Shown: piece by piece, positions 18,244-28,000 of the stretch | How the letters are laid out: every line of letters begins with the position of its first letter | Position numbering within the stretch: position 1 is the first letter of the stretch | Source of the DNA: Candidatus Saccharimonadales bacterium | GTDB taxonomy: Bacteria; Patescibacteriota; Saccharimonadia; Saccharimonadales; 2-12-FULL-41-12 | NCBI GenBank assembly: GCA_041600715.1 | Contig: JBFIJM010000001.1 | Span: forward strand, 192,387 to 256,386 | DNA: 64,000 bases | Reading direction: 5' to 3' | Notes under the pieces: generated by a model | Databases searched by the model: none | The model's input: only the letters and a program-made list of their open reading frames with translations | Told to the model about the DNA's origin: nothing | Position numbers and translations under genes: made by a program

Positions 18244-18630
18244 ATGACTCGACATAAAAGTATTGTGTCTCGACATAAGTTAGTTTCTGCAACTAGTTCT
18301 CAGTATATAAAGGGTTATATTGCTTCGATGGCGATAACAGGCCTAGCTTTCTATCTTGCAATGAACTATTCAGTAAAAGAACCAGAAGTTATTTTATCTA
18401 TTGTTGGGTTAGCCCTAGTCCAGTTAATCGTACAACTACGTTTCTTCATTCACTTAGACCATGAAACCGGAGTAAAATGGAACAAAGTCATCTTTTCATT
18501 CATGGCTCTTGTTGTATTTGTTATTGTCGCAGGGAGTTTATGGATAATGTTCAACTTAGACTATCACCACGAGATGACTCCTCAAGAAACTGAACATTAC
18601 CTTCTTGTGGAAGAAGGATTAAAACCTTGA
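18244..18630 (+). CDS. cyoD: cytochrome o ubiquinol oxidase subunit IV
   Basis: 128 aa with 3 TM segments. Its position between cyoC and cyoE and the GYI.S......AFYL pattern support the call. Confidence 0.75.
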   Translation: MTRHKSIVSRHKLVSATSSQYIKGYIASMAITGLAFYLAMNYSVKEPEVILSIVGLALVQLIVQLRFFIHLDHETGVKWNKVIFSFMALVVFVIVAGSLWIMFNLDYHHEMTPQETEHYLLVEEGLKP

Positions 18631-19490
18631 ACTCTCATATAATCGATTATTACAGGCTTACTAAACCCGGAATTATTAGAGGAAACATAATAGCTTCACT
18701 AGCTGGGTTCTTTCTGGCTTCGCGCGGTGAAATAAACATTCAAAATCTGGTATTTCTTGTCATTGGACTATCTATGGTAATCGCATCTGCTTGTGTTTTT
18801 AATAATATTTTAGATCGCTCATTAGATTCGAAAATGCTCAGAACCCGCAAGAGAGCTATGGTCGAAAAGAGGGTGTCGGTTAAGTCTGGAGTAATCTACG
18901 GTATAAGTCTTGGGTTTGCAGGATTTATAATCTTGGCATGGTTTACAACCGTTCACGCAGTTGTCCTTGCATTTATTGCCCACTTTTTATACGTCTTTGT
19001 ATACGGCTACGCTAAGCGCGTAAGTCACTGGGGCACCCTAGTAGGAGCGTTCCCAGGCAGTTTACCGCCTGTGATTGGTTACACCGCAGTAACGGGCGCT
19101 CTCGATATAATAGCCTTTGGACTATTTATACTACTGTTTGTTTGGCAAATGCCTCATTTCTATGCAATTGCTATCTTCCGAAAGAAAGATTACCAGTCAG
19201 CTGGTATTCCTGTGCTGACAATAGTTAGGGGCAATAAGATTGTTACGAGACGAATACTCTACTATGTCTACGGATTACTTGCAGTCACGCTTTGGTTTGG
19301 ATTTATATCAGGACTTTCTATGCTGTATTTTATACTTTCAGTTACTGTTGTTATTTTTTGGCTTAGGGTAGCTTATAAGAATGCAACTTCAAATGATTTG
19401 CTATGGTCTAAAAAAATGTTCGGAGCGTCTTTAATCGTACTGCTAACTCTGTGTATAGCAATTAGCCTAGATTCGAGCCTCATTAACTAA
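18627..19490 (+). CDS. cyoE: protoheme IX farnesyltransferase (heme O synthase)
   Basis: 287 aa, TTG start overlapping the cyoD stop. UbiA-family motifs NNILDRSLDSKMLRTRKR and WQMPHFYAIAIFRKKDYQSAGIPVL. Confidence 0.9.
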   Translation: MNSHIIDYYRLTKPGIIRGNIIASLAGFFLASRGEINIQNLVFLVIGLSMVIASACVFNNILDRSLDSKMLRTRKRAMVEKRVSVKSGVIYGISLGFAGFIILAWFTTVHAVVLAFIAHFLYVFVYGYAKRVSHWGTLVGAFPGSLPPVIGYTAVTGALDIIAFGLFILLFVWQMPHFYAIAIFRKKDYQSAGIPVLTIVRGNKIVTRRILYYVYGLLAVTLWFGFISGLSMLYFILSVTVVIFWLRVAYKNATSNDLLWSKKMFGASLIVLLTLCIAISLDSSLIN

Positions 19491-19553
19491 ATTCAATACC
19501 CATTAATTCTAAACTGATTTGTAAAGCTGACAATGCAATACTTAAAAATAAAG

Positions 19554-19602
19554 TTAATCGGTGTACCTAGACCAAGTTACATTGCCCAAATACACCGATT
19601 AA
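19554..19602. other. 12-bp inverted repeat between convergent cyoE and glsB-like genes
   Basis: TTAATCGGTGTA (19554-19565) pairs with TACACCGATTAA (19591-19602), 25-nt loop, no clear U-tract. Possible bidirectional terminator. Confidence 0.3.
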
Positions 19603-19673
19603 ATAACTGTCGCCCCGAATTTTTAAGTCTTACGATTCTGCTAAAAATCTGATCAGATTAAATTTTTCAAGGT

Positions 19674-19934
19674 TTAGAATACTATCTTGAGAATCACCAA
19701 GAATAATATCGCACCAAGAACGGCCACTACAAAGCTCTGTAAATTAAAACCTGTAACACCTTCTGCTCCCATTTTAGTTGCTATATAGCCTCCCAGCATA
19801 GCACCTATGATACCTACTACAATGTTGGCTAGTATTCCCTGCTCAGCATCAGTGCCAGCAAACATTGATGCGATCCAGCCAGCTAAACCACCAAAAATTA
19901 TCCAGATTAGTATATTCATATTGATTGTCTCCAT
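19674..19934 (-). CDS. GlsB/YeaQ/YmgE-family small membrane stress protein
   Basis: 86 aa. IIFGGLAGWIASMF and GIIGAMLGGY glycine-zipper TM pattern typical of this family. Confidence 0.7.
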   Translation of the reverse strand: METINMNILIWIIFGGLAGWIASMFAGTDAEQGILANIVVGIIGAMLGGYIATKMGAEGVTGFNLQSFVVAVLGAILFLVILKIVF

Positions 19935-20018
19935 ACGTTAATATTGTTAATATTGTACGCTTAGATTAATAACCATGAGGTAAGATTTTTTACAACCTAT
20001 GGCATACTATTTATAAGT

Positions 20019-21173
20019 ATGTCGTTACTTCACACACTAAGTTTGTTATTTACATCATTCTTGTTGCGTTTTACTCTTTTTGCGACTTTTAGCACAACTG
20101 CCTTGGTACTAGTGTTTAGTAACGGAGAGATCTTCAAGAATGCACTCGTAGATACTAACGCCTATGAAAGGGCTGTAGACTCGATAATAGCTACAGGTGC
20201 TAAACAGTCGAATGTCGATCCTGATAACCAGATACTTAATGATCCTGAAGTACGGTCAATAATTAAGAACAGTTTCAATTCTGGCTCTATATCTCCTCAG
20301 GTTGAAAGATCTATCGATAATATATACTCATGGCTAAATAATGATAGCCCTGAATTAAAGTTTTCTATCGACCTTACTTCTAATAAGGATAATGCTTCGC
20401 GACAATTAGCAGAGTACTCAATAAATAGGTTGTCGGGCTTACCCGTATGTACTGAAATTCCACAGAATAAAACGATATTTTCGCTGACTTGCATACCACC
20501 TTATGTTGATCTATCAGAACAGAAAATTGAAGTATATAAAGCCATACTTAACGATCCGACTTTTTTACCAGATGCTAAAATTACCCAAAACACCTTACCT
20601 GAAGTAGAAGGAAAAAGAGTCTATGAAAAATATAGTGACTCACCAAAATATTTTTCGCTATTTAAGGCATCCCCGTGGGTTTTATTAGCTTTATCTTTAG
20701 CTCTTTCTATCATTGTAGTGCTATTGTCTAGAACGCGACGTAATGGTCTTAAACGTGTTGCAAGTGCCTTGATAACGACAGGTATTGTTCTGGCTGTGAC
20801 CCCTCTGATTGGCAACTTTATAACCCCTCGCATTAATAACACTGTTCAGTCTGCGCTTACTGACGAGTCAAGCATCGGATTTATCTTAAATGACATAAAT
20901 AATCACCTGTATAAAGATGTAAACTCTATGCTGATCAACATGGCCATCATCGCTTTAGTTGTAGGCGTTAGTATGCTGTTGGTATTGAAGATAACCAGAG
21001 ATAGTATGGGCCCATATAGAATGGCAGAGGAGAGAGCTGGGCTAGCAACTAGTATATCTCCACCCTCTTCGACAAAGGGGATAAAGCAACATGACGTTCC
21101 AGTTCAAAGCAGTGAGCGAAAGTATAAACCGCGCAAACCTGGTAAAAAACAAAAGAAGTATCGTAAACTATAA
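20019..21173 (+). CDS. hypothetical membrane protein (384 aa) with basic C-terminal tail
   Basis: N-terminal TM, an extracytoplasmic domain of about 190 aa, 3-4 further TMs, and a C-terminal KYKPRKPGKKQKKYRKL. Confidence 0.55.
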   Translation: MSLLHTLSLLFTSFLLRFTLFATFSTTALVLVFSNGEIFKNALVDTNAYERAVDSIIATGAKQSNVDPDNQILNDPEVRSIIKNSFNSGSISPQVERSIDNIYSWLNNDSPELKFSIDLTSNKDNASRQLAEYSINRLSGLPVCTEIPQNKTIFSLTCIPPYVDLSEQKIEVYKAILNDPTFLPDAKITQNTLPEVEGKRVYEKYSDSPKYFSLFKASPWVLLALSLALSIIVVLLSRTRRNGLKRVASALITTGIVLAVTPLIGNFITPRINNTVQSALTDESSIGFILNDINNHLYKDVNSMLINMAIIALVVGVSMLLVLKITRDSMGPYRMAEERAGLATSISPPSSTKGIKQHDVPVQSSERKYKPRKPGKKQKKYRKL

Positions 21174-21175
21174 CA

Positions 21176-21820
21176 ATGAAGATAGGTATTGTTGGATCTG
21201 GTGTTGTTGCGCAAAGTTTGGGTAAAGGGTTCGTTGATGCTGGTTACCGAGTAATGCTTGGCAGTAGAAACCCCGATAAAAAAGAACTGAAAGAATGGAA
21301 GAAGAATGCCGGCAAACACGGGCAACTTGGGAGCACTACTCAGGCGGCACAGTTTGGTGAAGTGTGCATTTTGGCTGTAGCGTGGCATGCAGGAGAGGAT
21401 GTTATGGCACAAGTGAGACCAGAACTAGCAGGTAAAATTGTTATTGATGTAACAAACCCGTTGATATTTAACGATGACGCACCTCCTACCCTAGCTGTCG
21501 GGCATACTATTAGTGGAGGCGAAATTGTACAGCAAAATTTACCAGATAGTCACGTTGTTAAGGCATTAAACATTATTAGTCATACCCATATGGTTCAGCC
21601 GAAATATAAATCTGGCACACCAACAATGTTTATTTGTGGTAATAATTCGTCAGCCATAACTCACACATCAGAATTGCTACAAGAGTTAGGGTGGCAAGAT
21701 ATTATTGATCTTGGTGGTATAGAAAAAAGTCGTCTGCTCGAACCTCTGTGTCTGTTATGGGTAGAGTATGGAGTTGCCAGGAATACCTGGGCTCATGCGT
21801 TCGCAGTGTTAGAACGTTAA
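21176..21820 (+). CDS. NAD(P)-binding oxidoreductase (F420-dependent NADP reductase / ProC-like fold)
   Basis: 214 aa. N-terminal Rossmann motif MKIGIVGSGVVAQSLG. Size and pattern fit the NADP_oxidoreductase_coenzyme_F420-dependent family. Confidence 0.6.
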   Translation: MKIGIVGSGVVAQSLGKGFVDAGYRVMLGSRNPDKKELKEWKKNAGKHGQLGSTTQAAQFGEVCILAVAWHAGEDVMAQVRPELAGKIVIDVTNPLIFNDDAPPTLAVGHTISGGEIVQQNLPDSHVVKALNIISHTHMVQPKYKSGTPTMFICGNNSSAITHTSELLQELGWQDIIDLGGIEKSRLLEPLCLLWVEYGVARNTWAHAFAVLER

Positions 21821-23028
21821 CTAGTGAGTGAAAGATCGTCTATGCATAGCGGACAGGACTCTTCTCTATTATTTTCTGCTATGAATCGTTTCGAAGCCTG
21901 AACCCATGGTTCGTAATCATTGTAAGCAATATAATCAGCGATTCTTCGTAGCATCCACCCCATTCGACCGTATATCCTTGCTCGGCCCCAGACTACTGCT
22001 GCCCATTTTGGTCCCGCAGGCATTACGTAGATAGGCTTTTTTGGCCTGTAAGGTAGCGGTTCCTGCTTGTCTGCAAGTCGTTTTAAGTTACTTGCTATAA
22101 ATTTGCCATCATGAAGCGCAGTTTGAGCCATGCCACTATATGGAGTGTCGGCATTATCGCCAAGAACATATATTCCACGTTCAGCCTGAAGAAAAAGATC
22201 AACACGAACTTTCCCGCTAGATGTCAGTTGAAAATTATTTTCTTTGAAAAAACTGTTATTTGCCATACCAGCGGTCCACACAACTGTATGGCTCCGTATG
22301 GGTTTACCGTGAACAATCAGTGCGTCAGCAGTTTGGGCCTGCACAATGGTGTTCAAGTATATTTTCACCCCTTGTTTGCGTAGATTCTTACTAACCGAGC
22401 GAGACACAGATTTAGGCATCCTCGGCAATAATCTTGGCGCTGCTTCGATTAAGTCTATATGAATTTTTTGGTCGGGCAGGTCATGGTACTTACTGATTTC
22501 ACGTATGTATTTTGGTAAAACGCCAGCCAGTTCTATGCCGGTAGGACCACCCCCTACAACGACGTAATTACTATCACGCGTACCATTCTGCAGTAATTGT
22601 GTGTGAAGATGGGCCTTTAGCTTCTCTGCTTCATCTAGTGTTTTTATTCCATATGAATATTCTGACAGGCCCTCTATGCCAAAGTAGTTTGTTTTGACAC
22701 CCAGCGCCAACACAAGAGCACTATATGATATTTTATTACCACGCTTGGTTATTAGTTCTTGTTTGGTTCTATCTACTGATACGGCCGTATCATAGATAAT
22801 CTCAACATTCTTACCTGAAAAAATATTTTTTAGTGGTACATCCGCCACTTCTTTCGATCCACCGGTCGCTGTGTGATAGAGAGAGGGATATACCCTCATC
22901 GAGGGATAATCTGTTACTAGCGTAACTTTTATTTTAGAATGCTTGGATAGTTCTAGGGATGCTTTTATGCCGGCATACCCTCCCCCTGCTACCACTACGT
23001 GTAATTTTTTATTAGACATACTTACCAC
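21817..23028 (-). CDS. ndh: type II NADH dehydrogenase (NDH-2), FAD-dependent
   Basis: 403 aa. Two dinucleotide-binding motifs (VVVAGGGYAGIKA and VVVGGGPTGIELAG) and the GDNA motif region (YVLGDNA). Confidence 0.8.
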   Translation of the reverse strand: MVSMSNKKLHVVVAGGGYAGIKASLELSKHSKIKVTLVTDYPSMRVYPSLYHTATGGSKEVADVPLKNIFSGKNVEIIYDTAVSVDRTKQELITKRGNKISYSALVLALGVKTNYFGIEGLSEYSYGIKTLDEAEKLKAHLHTQLLQNGTRDSNYVVVGGGPTGIELAGVLPKYIREISKYHDLPDQKIHIDLIEAAPRLLPRMPKSVSRSVSKNLRKQGVKIYLNTIVQAQTADALIVHGKPIRSHTVVWTAGMANNSFFKENNFQLTSSGKVRVDLFLQAERGIYVLGDNADTPYSGMAQTALHDGKFIASNLKRLADKQEPLPYRPKKPIYVMPAGPKWAAVVWGRARIYGRMGWMLRRIADYIAYNDYEPWVQASKRFIAENNREESCPLCIDDLSLTS

Positions 23029-23075
23029 AGTGTACTAAATGCTTATACTTAGTGTAAACTTGTTATTAACGACTT

Positions 23076-24728
23076 ATGAAGCATTTAAAATCAGATCTAC
23101 AGGCCATTCTTCAAGGTGAAGTACAAAACAGTGCAAAAATACGTGACGATTTTAGTCATGATGCAAGCATGTTTGAAGTCAGGCCAGACGTGGTGGTATC
23201 CCCAAAAAATAGCAGTGATATCAAGGCAGTCGTAAAATATGTTTCCAAAAATAAATCAGAAAACCCAGATTTATCTATTACTGCACGTAGTGCAGGCACA
23301 GACATGAGTGGTGGAGCTATCGGTGAGTCTATTATTCTTAACATGCGAAAGCATTTTACTAATATTCATAACGTTGACAGTACATCTGCTCATGTACAAC
23401 CTGGTGTACTGTATCGCGATTTCGAAGCAGAAACTTTGAAACACGGGGCATTACTACCACCCTTCCCAGCTAGTCGTGATCTGTGTAGCGTTGGTGGTAT
23501 GGTAAACAATAATTCAGGCGGAGAAAAGTCGCTAGTTTATGGAAAGACAGAGAAATTCGTTGATGAATTATCAGTAATTTTTGCCGATGGTAATGAATAT
23601 ATTGTTAAGCCTCTTAACAAACACGAGCTAGATCATAAAATGAGTCTGCAAACCTTTGAAGGTAACGTCTATAAACAAGTTTTTGACCTAGTAAATAAAA
23701 ACTATGATGAAATAAAGAATGCTAAACCTAAAGTGAGTAAGGACTCAACCGGATACCATCTCTGGAATATCTGGGATAAAGAAACTGGCATATTTGATCT
23801 GACACAAGCGATAATTGGTGCTCAAGGGACTCTAGGAATTGTTACTGATATAAAGTTCAGGCTAGTTAATGCGCCTAAACATTCCGGTACTCTCGTAATA
23901 TTCATGAAGAAAACAGATAATTTAGGGAATATTATCAATGATGTTCTAAGGCATAAACCCGCAACGTTCGAAGGCTTCGACAACTATACTTTGATGCTTA
24001 GCTTCAAGCTTTTCTTCTATTTTCATAAAAAACTTGGGTGGTGGAATACGATAAAATTAGGAATTCAGCTTATACCAGACGCTCTACTATTACTAAGAGG
24101 CATCCCAAAGATGGTCTTATTGGTAGAATTTAATGCTGATTCACCCTTAGAAGTCTCTAAAAATGTTCATGAGCTAAGAGTTGATCTAGCAAGTTATGGC
24201 AATGATATGTTGTTCGAAGAAGATGAGACTGAAGCTAAGGCACGTAAATTCTGGATCATGCGCAGAGAAAGCTTTAATTTACTTCGTCAGAAAGTAAAAG
24301 ACAAACATACTGCACCATTTATAGACGATCTAGTTGTACCCCCAAAACATTTGTCTAAATTTTTACCGGAATTAAGAGCAATACTTAAAAAATACAAACT
24401 TTTAGCAACAATCGCTGGACATTATGGCGATGGTAACTTCCACGTTATACCCTTGATGAAGATTGAGGATCCATTGGAACGTATCAAAATAGAACCAGTA
24501 ATGAAAGAAGTAAATGAGCTGGTTATGAAGTATGGAGGAAGCCTGAGTGGAGAACATAACGATGGAATGTCTAGAGGCCCATGGCTACATCAAATGTATC
24601 CACCCGAAATTATCAATCACTTTAAATCTCTAAAGAGTATATTCGACGCTCAAAATATATTTAATCCTAATAAAAAAACAGATGCTGATTGGGAGTATAG
24701 TTTAAGTCACATTCGTGAGCATTTTTAA
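23076..24728 (+). CDS. FAD-linked oxidase (GlcD / D-lactate dehydrogenase family)
   Basis: 550 aa. FAD_binding_4-type N-terminal domain (ITARSAGTDMSGGAIG, GGMVNNNSGG, GAQGTLGIVT) and a C-terminal GSLSGEHNDG motif. Confidence 0.75.
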   Translation: MKHLKSDLQAILQGEVQNSAKIRDDFSHDASMFEVRPDVVVSPKNSSDIKAVVKYVSKNKSENPDLSITARSAGTDMSGGAIGESIILNMRKHFTNIHNVDSTSAHVQPGVLYRDFEAETLKHGALLPPFPASRDLCSVGGMVNNNSGGEKSLVYGKTEKFVDELSVIFADGNEYIVKPLNKHELDHKMSLQTFEGNVYKQVFDLVNKNYDEIKNAKPKVSKDSTGYHLWNIWDKETGIFDLTQAIIGAQGTLGIVTDIKFRLVNAPKHSGTLVIFMKKTDNLGNIINDVLRHKPATFEGFDNYTLMLSFKLFFYFHKKLGWWNTIKLGIQLIPDALLLLRGIPKMVLLVEFNADSPLEVSKNVHELRVDLASYGNDMLFEEDETEAKARKFWIMRRESFNLLRQKVKDKHTAPFIDDLVVPPKHLSKFLPELRAILKKYKLLATIAGHYGDGNFHVIPLMKIEDPLERIKIEPVMKEVNELVMKYGGSLSGEHNDGMSRGPWLHQMYPPEIINHFKSLKSIFDAQNIFNPNKKTDADWEYSLSHIREHF

Positions 24729-24798
24729 AAAGCTGTTTTGCTTATGATTGCCTTTAACTACTCTCATCGGTTACATTCTATAATGTGAGTTACCAGAA

Positions 24799-25704
24799 AT
24801 GAAAGATTATATAGAACCATTAAACATGAATGGATTAAAGGGGCGTATGTTGCGCATGCCTTCCCCGCCAAACAGGAAGCGCGAAATACTGCTTCTATAC
24901 GGGCATCATGCAAGCTTAGAGCGTATGTTTGGGTTTGCTGAGGTTCTTAACAAGTATGGTGCTGTTACAATGCCTGACCTGCCGGGTCTGGGAGGTATGG
25001 AAAGTTTCTATAAGATAGGCCAAAAACCCACATTTGATACTTATGCAGACTACCTAGCAGCGTTTATGAAACTGCGCTACAAAAGACGGAGAGTAACGAT
25101 TGTAGCAATGTCCTTCTCAGTACCCTTAGTGATTCGTACACTGCAGAAGTATCCTGAACTAGAAAAAAAAGTTGATATTTTAGTAAGTACCGTAGGTTTT
25201 GTTCATAGCGAAGATTTTGTGTTTACTCGTTCGCAGAGGATTTCATTGCTAGTATTGTCCAAGATAGGGTCATTGGCTATACCGTCTGCTATTATGCAAA
25301 ATCTGATACTGAGGGGGCCTATCATACGTGCCTGTTACCAGGTCGTCATAGATCGACATAGTAAATTAAAAGACGCAAATACTGCAGAGAGAAAAAAGCG
25401 AATTGATTTTGAAGTCACATTATGGCGGATTAATGATGCCAGAACTCGGCTATTTACGATTGGCCAAATGTTAAAAGTTGATGTCTGTTCTAAAAAACTT
25501 AACGTTAAAATGTACCATGTCGCTCCAGAAGTAGACAGATACTTTAATAGGCATGTAGTTGAGCAACACATGCAAATTATATTTGACCAATTTGAATCTA
25601 TTAATACATCTATGCCAGCCCATGCACCAAGTATCATTGCTTCTGCTAAAGACGCTTCCCCTTACGTTCCTAAGAGGATACAAAAACTGCTTGCCGAGCA
25701 GTAA
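24799..25704 (+). CDS. alpha/beta hydrolase fold protein
   Basis: 301 aa. LLLYGHHASLERM...MPDLPGLGGM resembles the N-terminal alpha/beta-hydrolase pattern. The nucleophile-elbow region (VAMSFS) is atypical. Confidence 0.45.
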   Translation: MKDYIEPLNMNGLKGRMLRMPSPPNRKREILLLYGHHASLERMFGFAEVLNKYGAVTMPDLPGLGGMESFYKIGQKPTFDTYADYLAAFMKLRYKRRRVTIVAMSFSVPLVIRTLQKYPELEKKVDILVSTVGFVHSEDFVFTRSQRISLLVLSKIGSLAIPSAIMQNLILRGPIIRACYQVVIDRHSKLKDANTAERKKRIDFEVTLWRINDARTRLFTIGQMLKVDVCSKKLNVKMYHVAPEVDRYFNRHVVEQHMQIIFDQFESINTSMPAHAPSIIASAKDASPYVPKRIQKLLAEQ

Positions 25705-25728
25705 AGTGATATAATTAATCATAAGATT

Positions 25729-26859
25729 ATGATTAAAGTTGGATTAGTATGCCCGTATAACATGTTCCGCGGAGGTGGCGTACAAGAGTGCGTTATGGCG
25801 CTCCGTGACGGGATTGAAGCTCGAGGACATGAAGCCTATATAATTACTCCTCAGCCAAGTGACTATGACGGGCAGTCCATTAAGGGTCTGATCATGATAG
25901 GAAGTGCTCGTCCATTTCGTGCTGCTAGAACAACCGCACAAATCTCTGCTAGCGTAGACCTAGAAAAGCTTAATACCATGCTAAAAGAAGAAGACTTCGA
26001 TGTTCTGCATTTCCACGAACCATGGGTGCCAATGTTATCAATGCAGATATTGCAACGATCAAGTGCGATTCATGTTGGCACATTCCATGCCGCTATGTCA
26101 GAACGTCGCACTTCTCGTACAGTAGAAAAAGTCATCACTCCCTACACCAAGTCAATCTTAAAATACCTCGATGTTCTAACTGCTGTATCCCCTACCGCAA
26201 CAAATTACGTACAAACTCTGACAGATCGGAATATATCAATTGTTCCAAATGGTATAGATCTCAAGAAGTATCATAATGGGAATATTGACCACCCCACTAA
26301 AAAACACAGAACTATCCTGTATATCGGAAGGTTAGAGAAAAGAAAGGGCGTAAAACATTTAATCACAGCATTTTCGATCCTTAAACATGCTCACCCAGAA
26401 TATAGGCTGGTTATCGCGGGCGATGGCCCTGACAGAGAAAAGTTAGAGACTCAAGTTGATGAATTTGGGATAAAAGACGTTAACTTCTTAGGCTATATAG
26501 AAGAAAATCAAAAATTACAATTACTACAAGAAGCAACTATATTTTGCTCCCCAGCATTGTATGGTGAAAGTTTTGGTATTGTATTACTCGAAGCAATGGC
26601 ATCGGGTTGCGTTACAGTAGCAGGCAATAACTCTGGGTATGAAAGCGTCCTAGAAGGTAGAGGGCAATTATCACTCGTTAATCCAAAAGATAGTGTTGAG
26701 TTTGCGCGCCGATTAGCGATCCTTGGTAATGATAGCGTGCTCCGTGGCGCGTGGCGAGAATGGGCCAAGAATAGTGTATCAAAATATGATTATGACATTG
26801 TCATTGATCAATACGTAAAGATTTACGAGGCTGCTTGTGCCAAAAGAAACAAAACATAG
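25729..26859 (+). CDS. glycosyltransferase family 4 (GT-B, PimA-like)
   Basis: 376 aa. N-terminal GGVQ motif and a C-terminal EX7E-type region (PALYGESFGIVLLEAMASG). Confidence 0.8.
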   Translation: MIKVGLVCPYNMFRGGGVQECVMALRDGIEARGHEAYIITPQPSDYDGQSIKGLIMIGSARPFRAARTTAQISASVDLEKLNTMLKEEDFDVLHFHEPWVPMLSMQILQRSSAIHVGTFHAAMSERRTSRTVEKVITPYTKSILKYLDVLTAVSPTATNYVQTLTDRNISIVPNGIDLKKYHNGNIDHPTKKHRTILYIGRLEKRKGVKHLITAFSILKHAHPEYRLVIAGDGPDREKLETQVDEFGIKDVNFLGYIEENQKLQLLQEATIFCSPALYGESFGIVLLEAMASGCVTVAGNNSGYESVLEGRGQLSLVNPKDSVEFARRLAILGNDSVLRGAWREWAKNSVSKYDYDIVIDQYVKIYEAACAKRNKT

Positions 26860-27988
26860 TAAAACTATCGGTTTCGTACTTGATGATGGTCTTGATAGCT
26901 CAGACGGAGTCCAGCAGTATGTACTTACTCTGGGCAAGGAGTATAAAGACTCAGGCCATAACGTACATTATCTTGTTGGAGAAACCAAGCGTAAAGACAT
27001 TGCTAACGTTCACTCACTCGCACGTAATATCAAAGTCAGATTTAATGGCAACAGACTAACCGTTCCCCTCCCCGCCTCAAAAAGGAAAATACAGACAATC
27101 TTAACTAGGTATAATTTCGATGTACTGCATGTGCAGATGCCTTACAGCCCTTTCTTAGGTGCCAGAGTTATAAAGCTAGCAGATTCCAAAACGGTCATTG
27201 CAGGCACATTTCACATATATCCGTATGGTCTGCTCGCCAAAGTGGGCACTAGATTTTTAGGATTATCACTTCGTTCATCTCTTAAAAGATTCGATTTAAT
27301 GTTTAGCGTGTCTTCGGTTGCCCGTGATTTTGCAAAAGAGAGTTTTGGAATACAGACATCCATCGTCCCTAACGTAGTTTCGCTTTCTAAATATACTCAG
27401 TTAAATAATCAGATTAAGCCAAAAGACGACATTATAAATATTGTTTATGTTGGCAGGCTAGTAGAACGAAAAGGCTGCAAAATGCTACTTGAGGCTTTCA
27501 TGAATTGCGCTAAAGACAGCCCAAATCTTAAAATCAAGTTAACTGTATGCGGTAAAGGCCCTCAGCTAGCTGACTTGAAAGAAGCGGTCGTTAAAAATAA
27601 TCTAGAAGATAAGGTTAAATTCCTAGGGTTTGTTACTGAGGAAGACAAGATTAAATATTTACAAACTGCAGATATAGCAATATTCCCTTCTTATGGAGGA
27701 GAAAGTTTCGGGATTGTATTAATCGAGGCCATAGCTTCTGGATCGGGATGTGTTATTGGAGGCAATAACCCTGGGTACGCAAGCGTGCTGAAAGATATAC
27801 CAAAAAGTATTATTGACGTGCAGGATCAGAAGGTTTTTACAGCTCAATTAAATGAACTAATACACAATCAGGGACTGAGGGCTGATATTCACAGTGCCCA
27901 GCAGAAAATAATTAAACAGTATGATAGCAAAGCTGTAGCGAGTAAATTGCTCAACATATACGATTGCAAAATAATCAAGAACGAATGA
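26837..27988 (+). CDS. glycosyltransferase family 4, tandem paralogue
   Basis: 383 aa. PSYGGESFGIVLIEAIASG. Overlaps the upstream GT4 gene by 23 nt. Confidence 0.8.
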   Translation: MPKETKHSKTIGFVLDDGLDSSDGVQQYVLTLGKEYKDSGHNVHYLVGETKRKDIANVHSLARNIKVRFNGNRLTVPLPASKRKIQTILTRYNFDVLHVQMPYSPFLGARVIKLADSKTVIAGTFHIYPYGLLAKVGTRFLGLSLRSSLKRFDLMFSVSSVARDFAKESFGIQTSIVPNVVSLSKYTQLNNQIKPKDDIINIVYVGRLVERKGCKMLLEAFMNCAKDSPNLKIKLTVCGKGPQLADLKEAVVKNNLEDKVKFLGFVTEEDKIKYLQTADIAIFPSYGGESFGIVLIEAIASGSGCVIGGNNPGYASVLKDIPKSIIDVQDQKVFTAQLNELIHNQGLRADIHSAQQKIIKQYDSKAVASKLLNIYDCKIIKNE

Positions 27989-28000
27989 TAATACATAGTA

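Noticed and set aside
19937-19954. Tandem GTTAATATT x2 in the glsB-like / membrane-protein divergent region
   Set aside because: It is only two copies of an AT-rich 9-mer, plausibly chance or ordinary promoter DNA.
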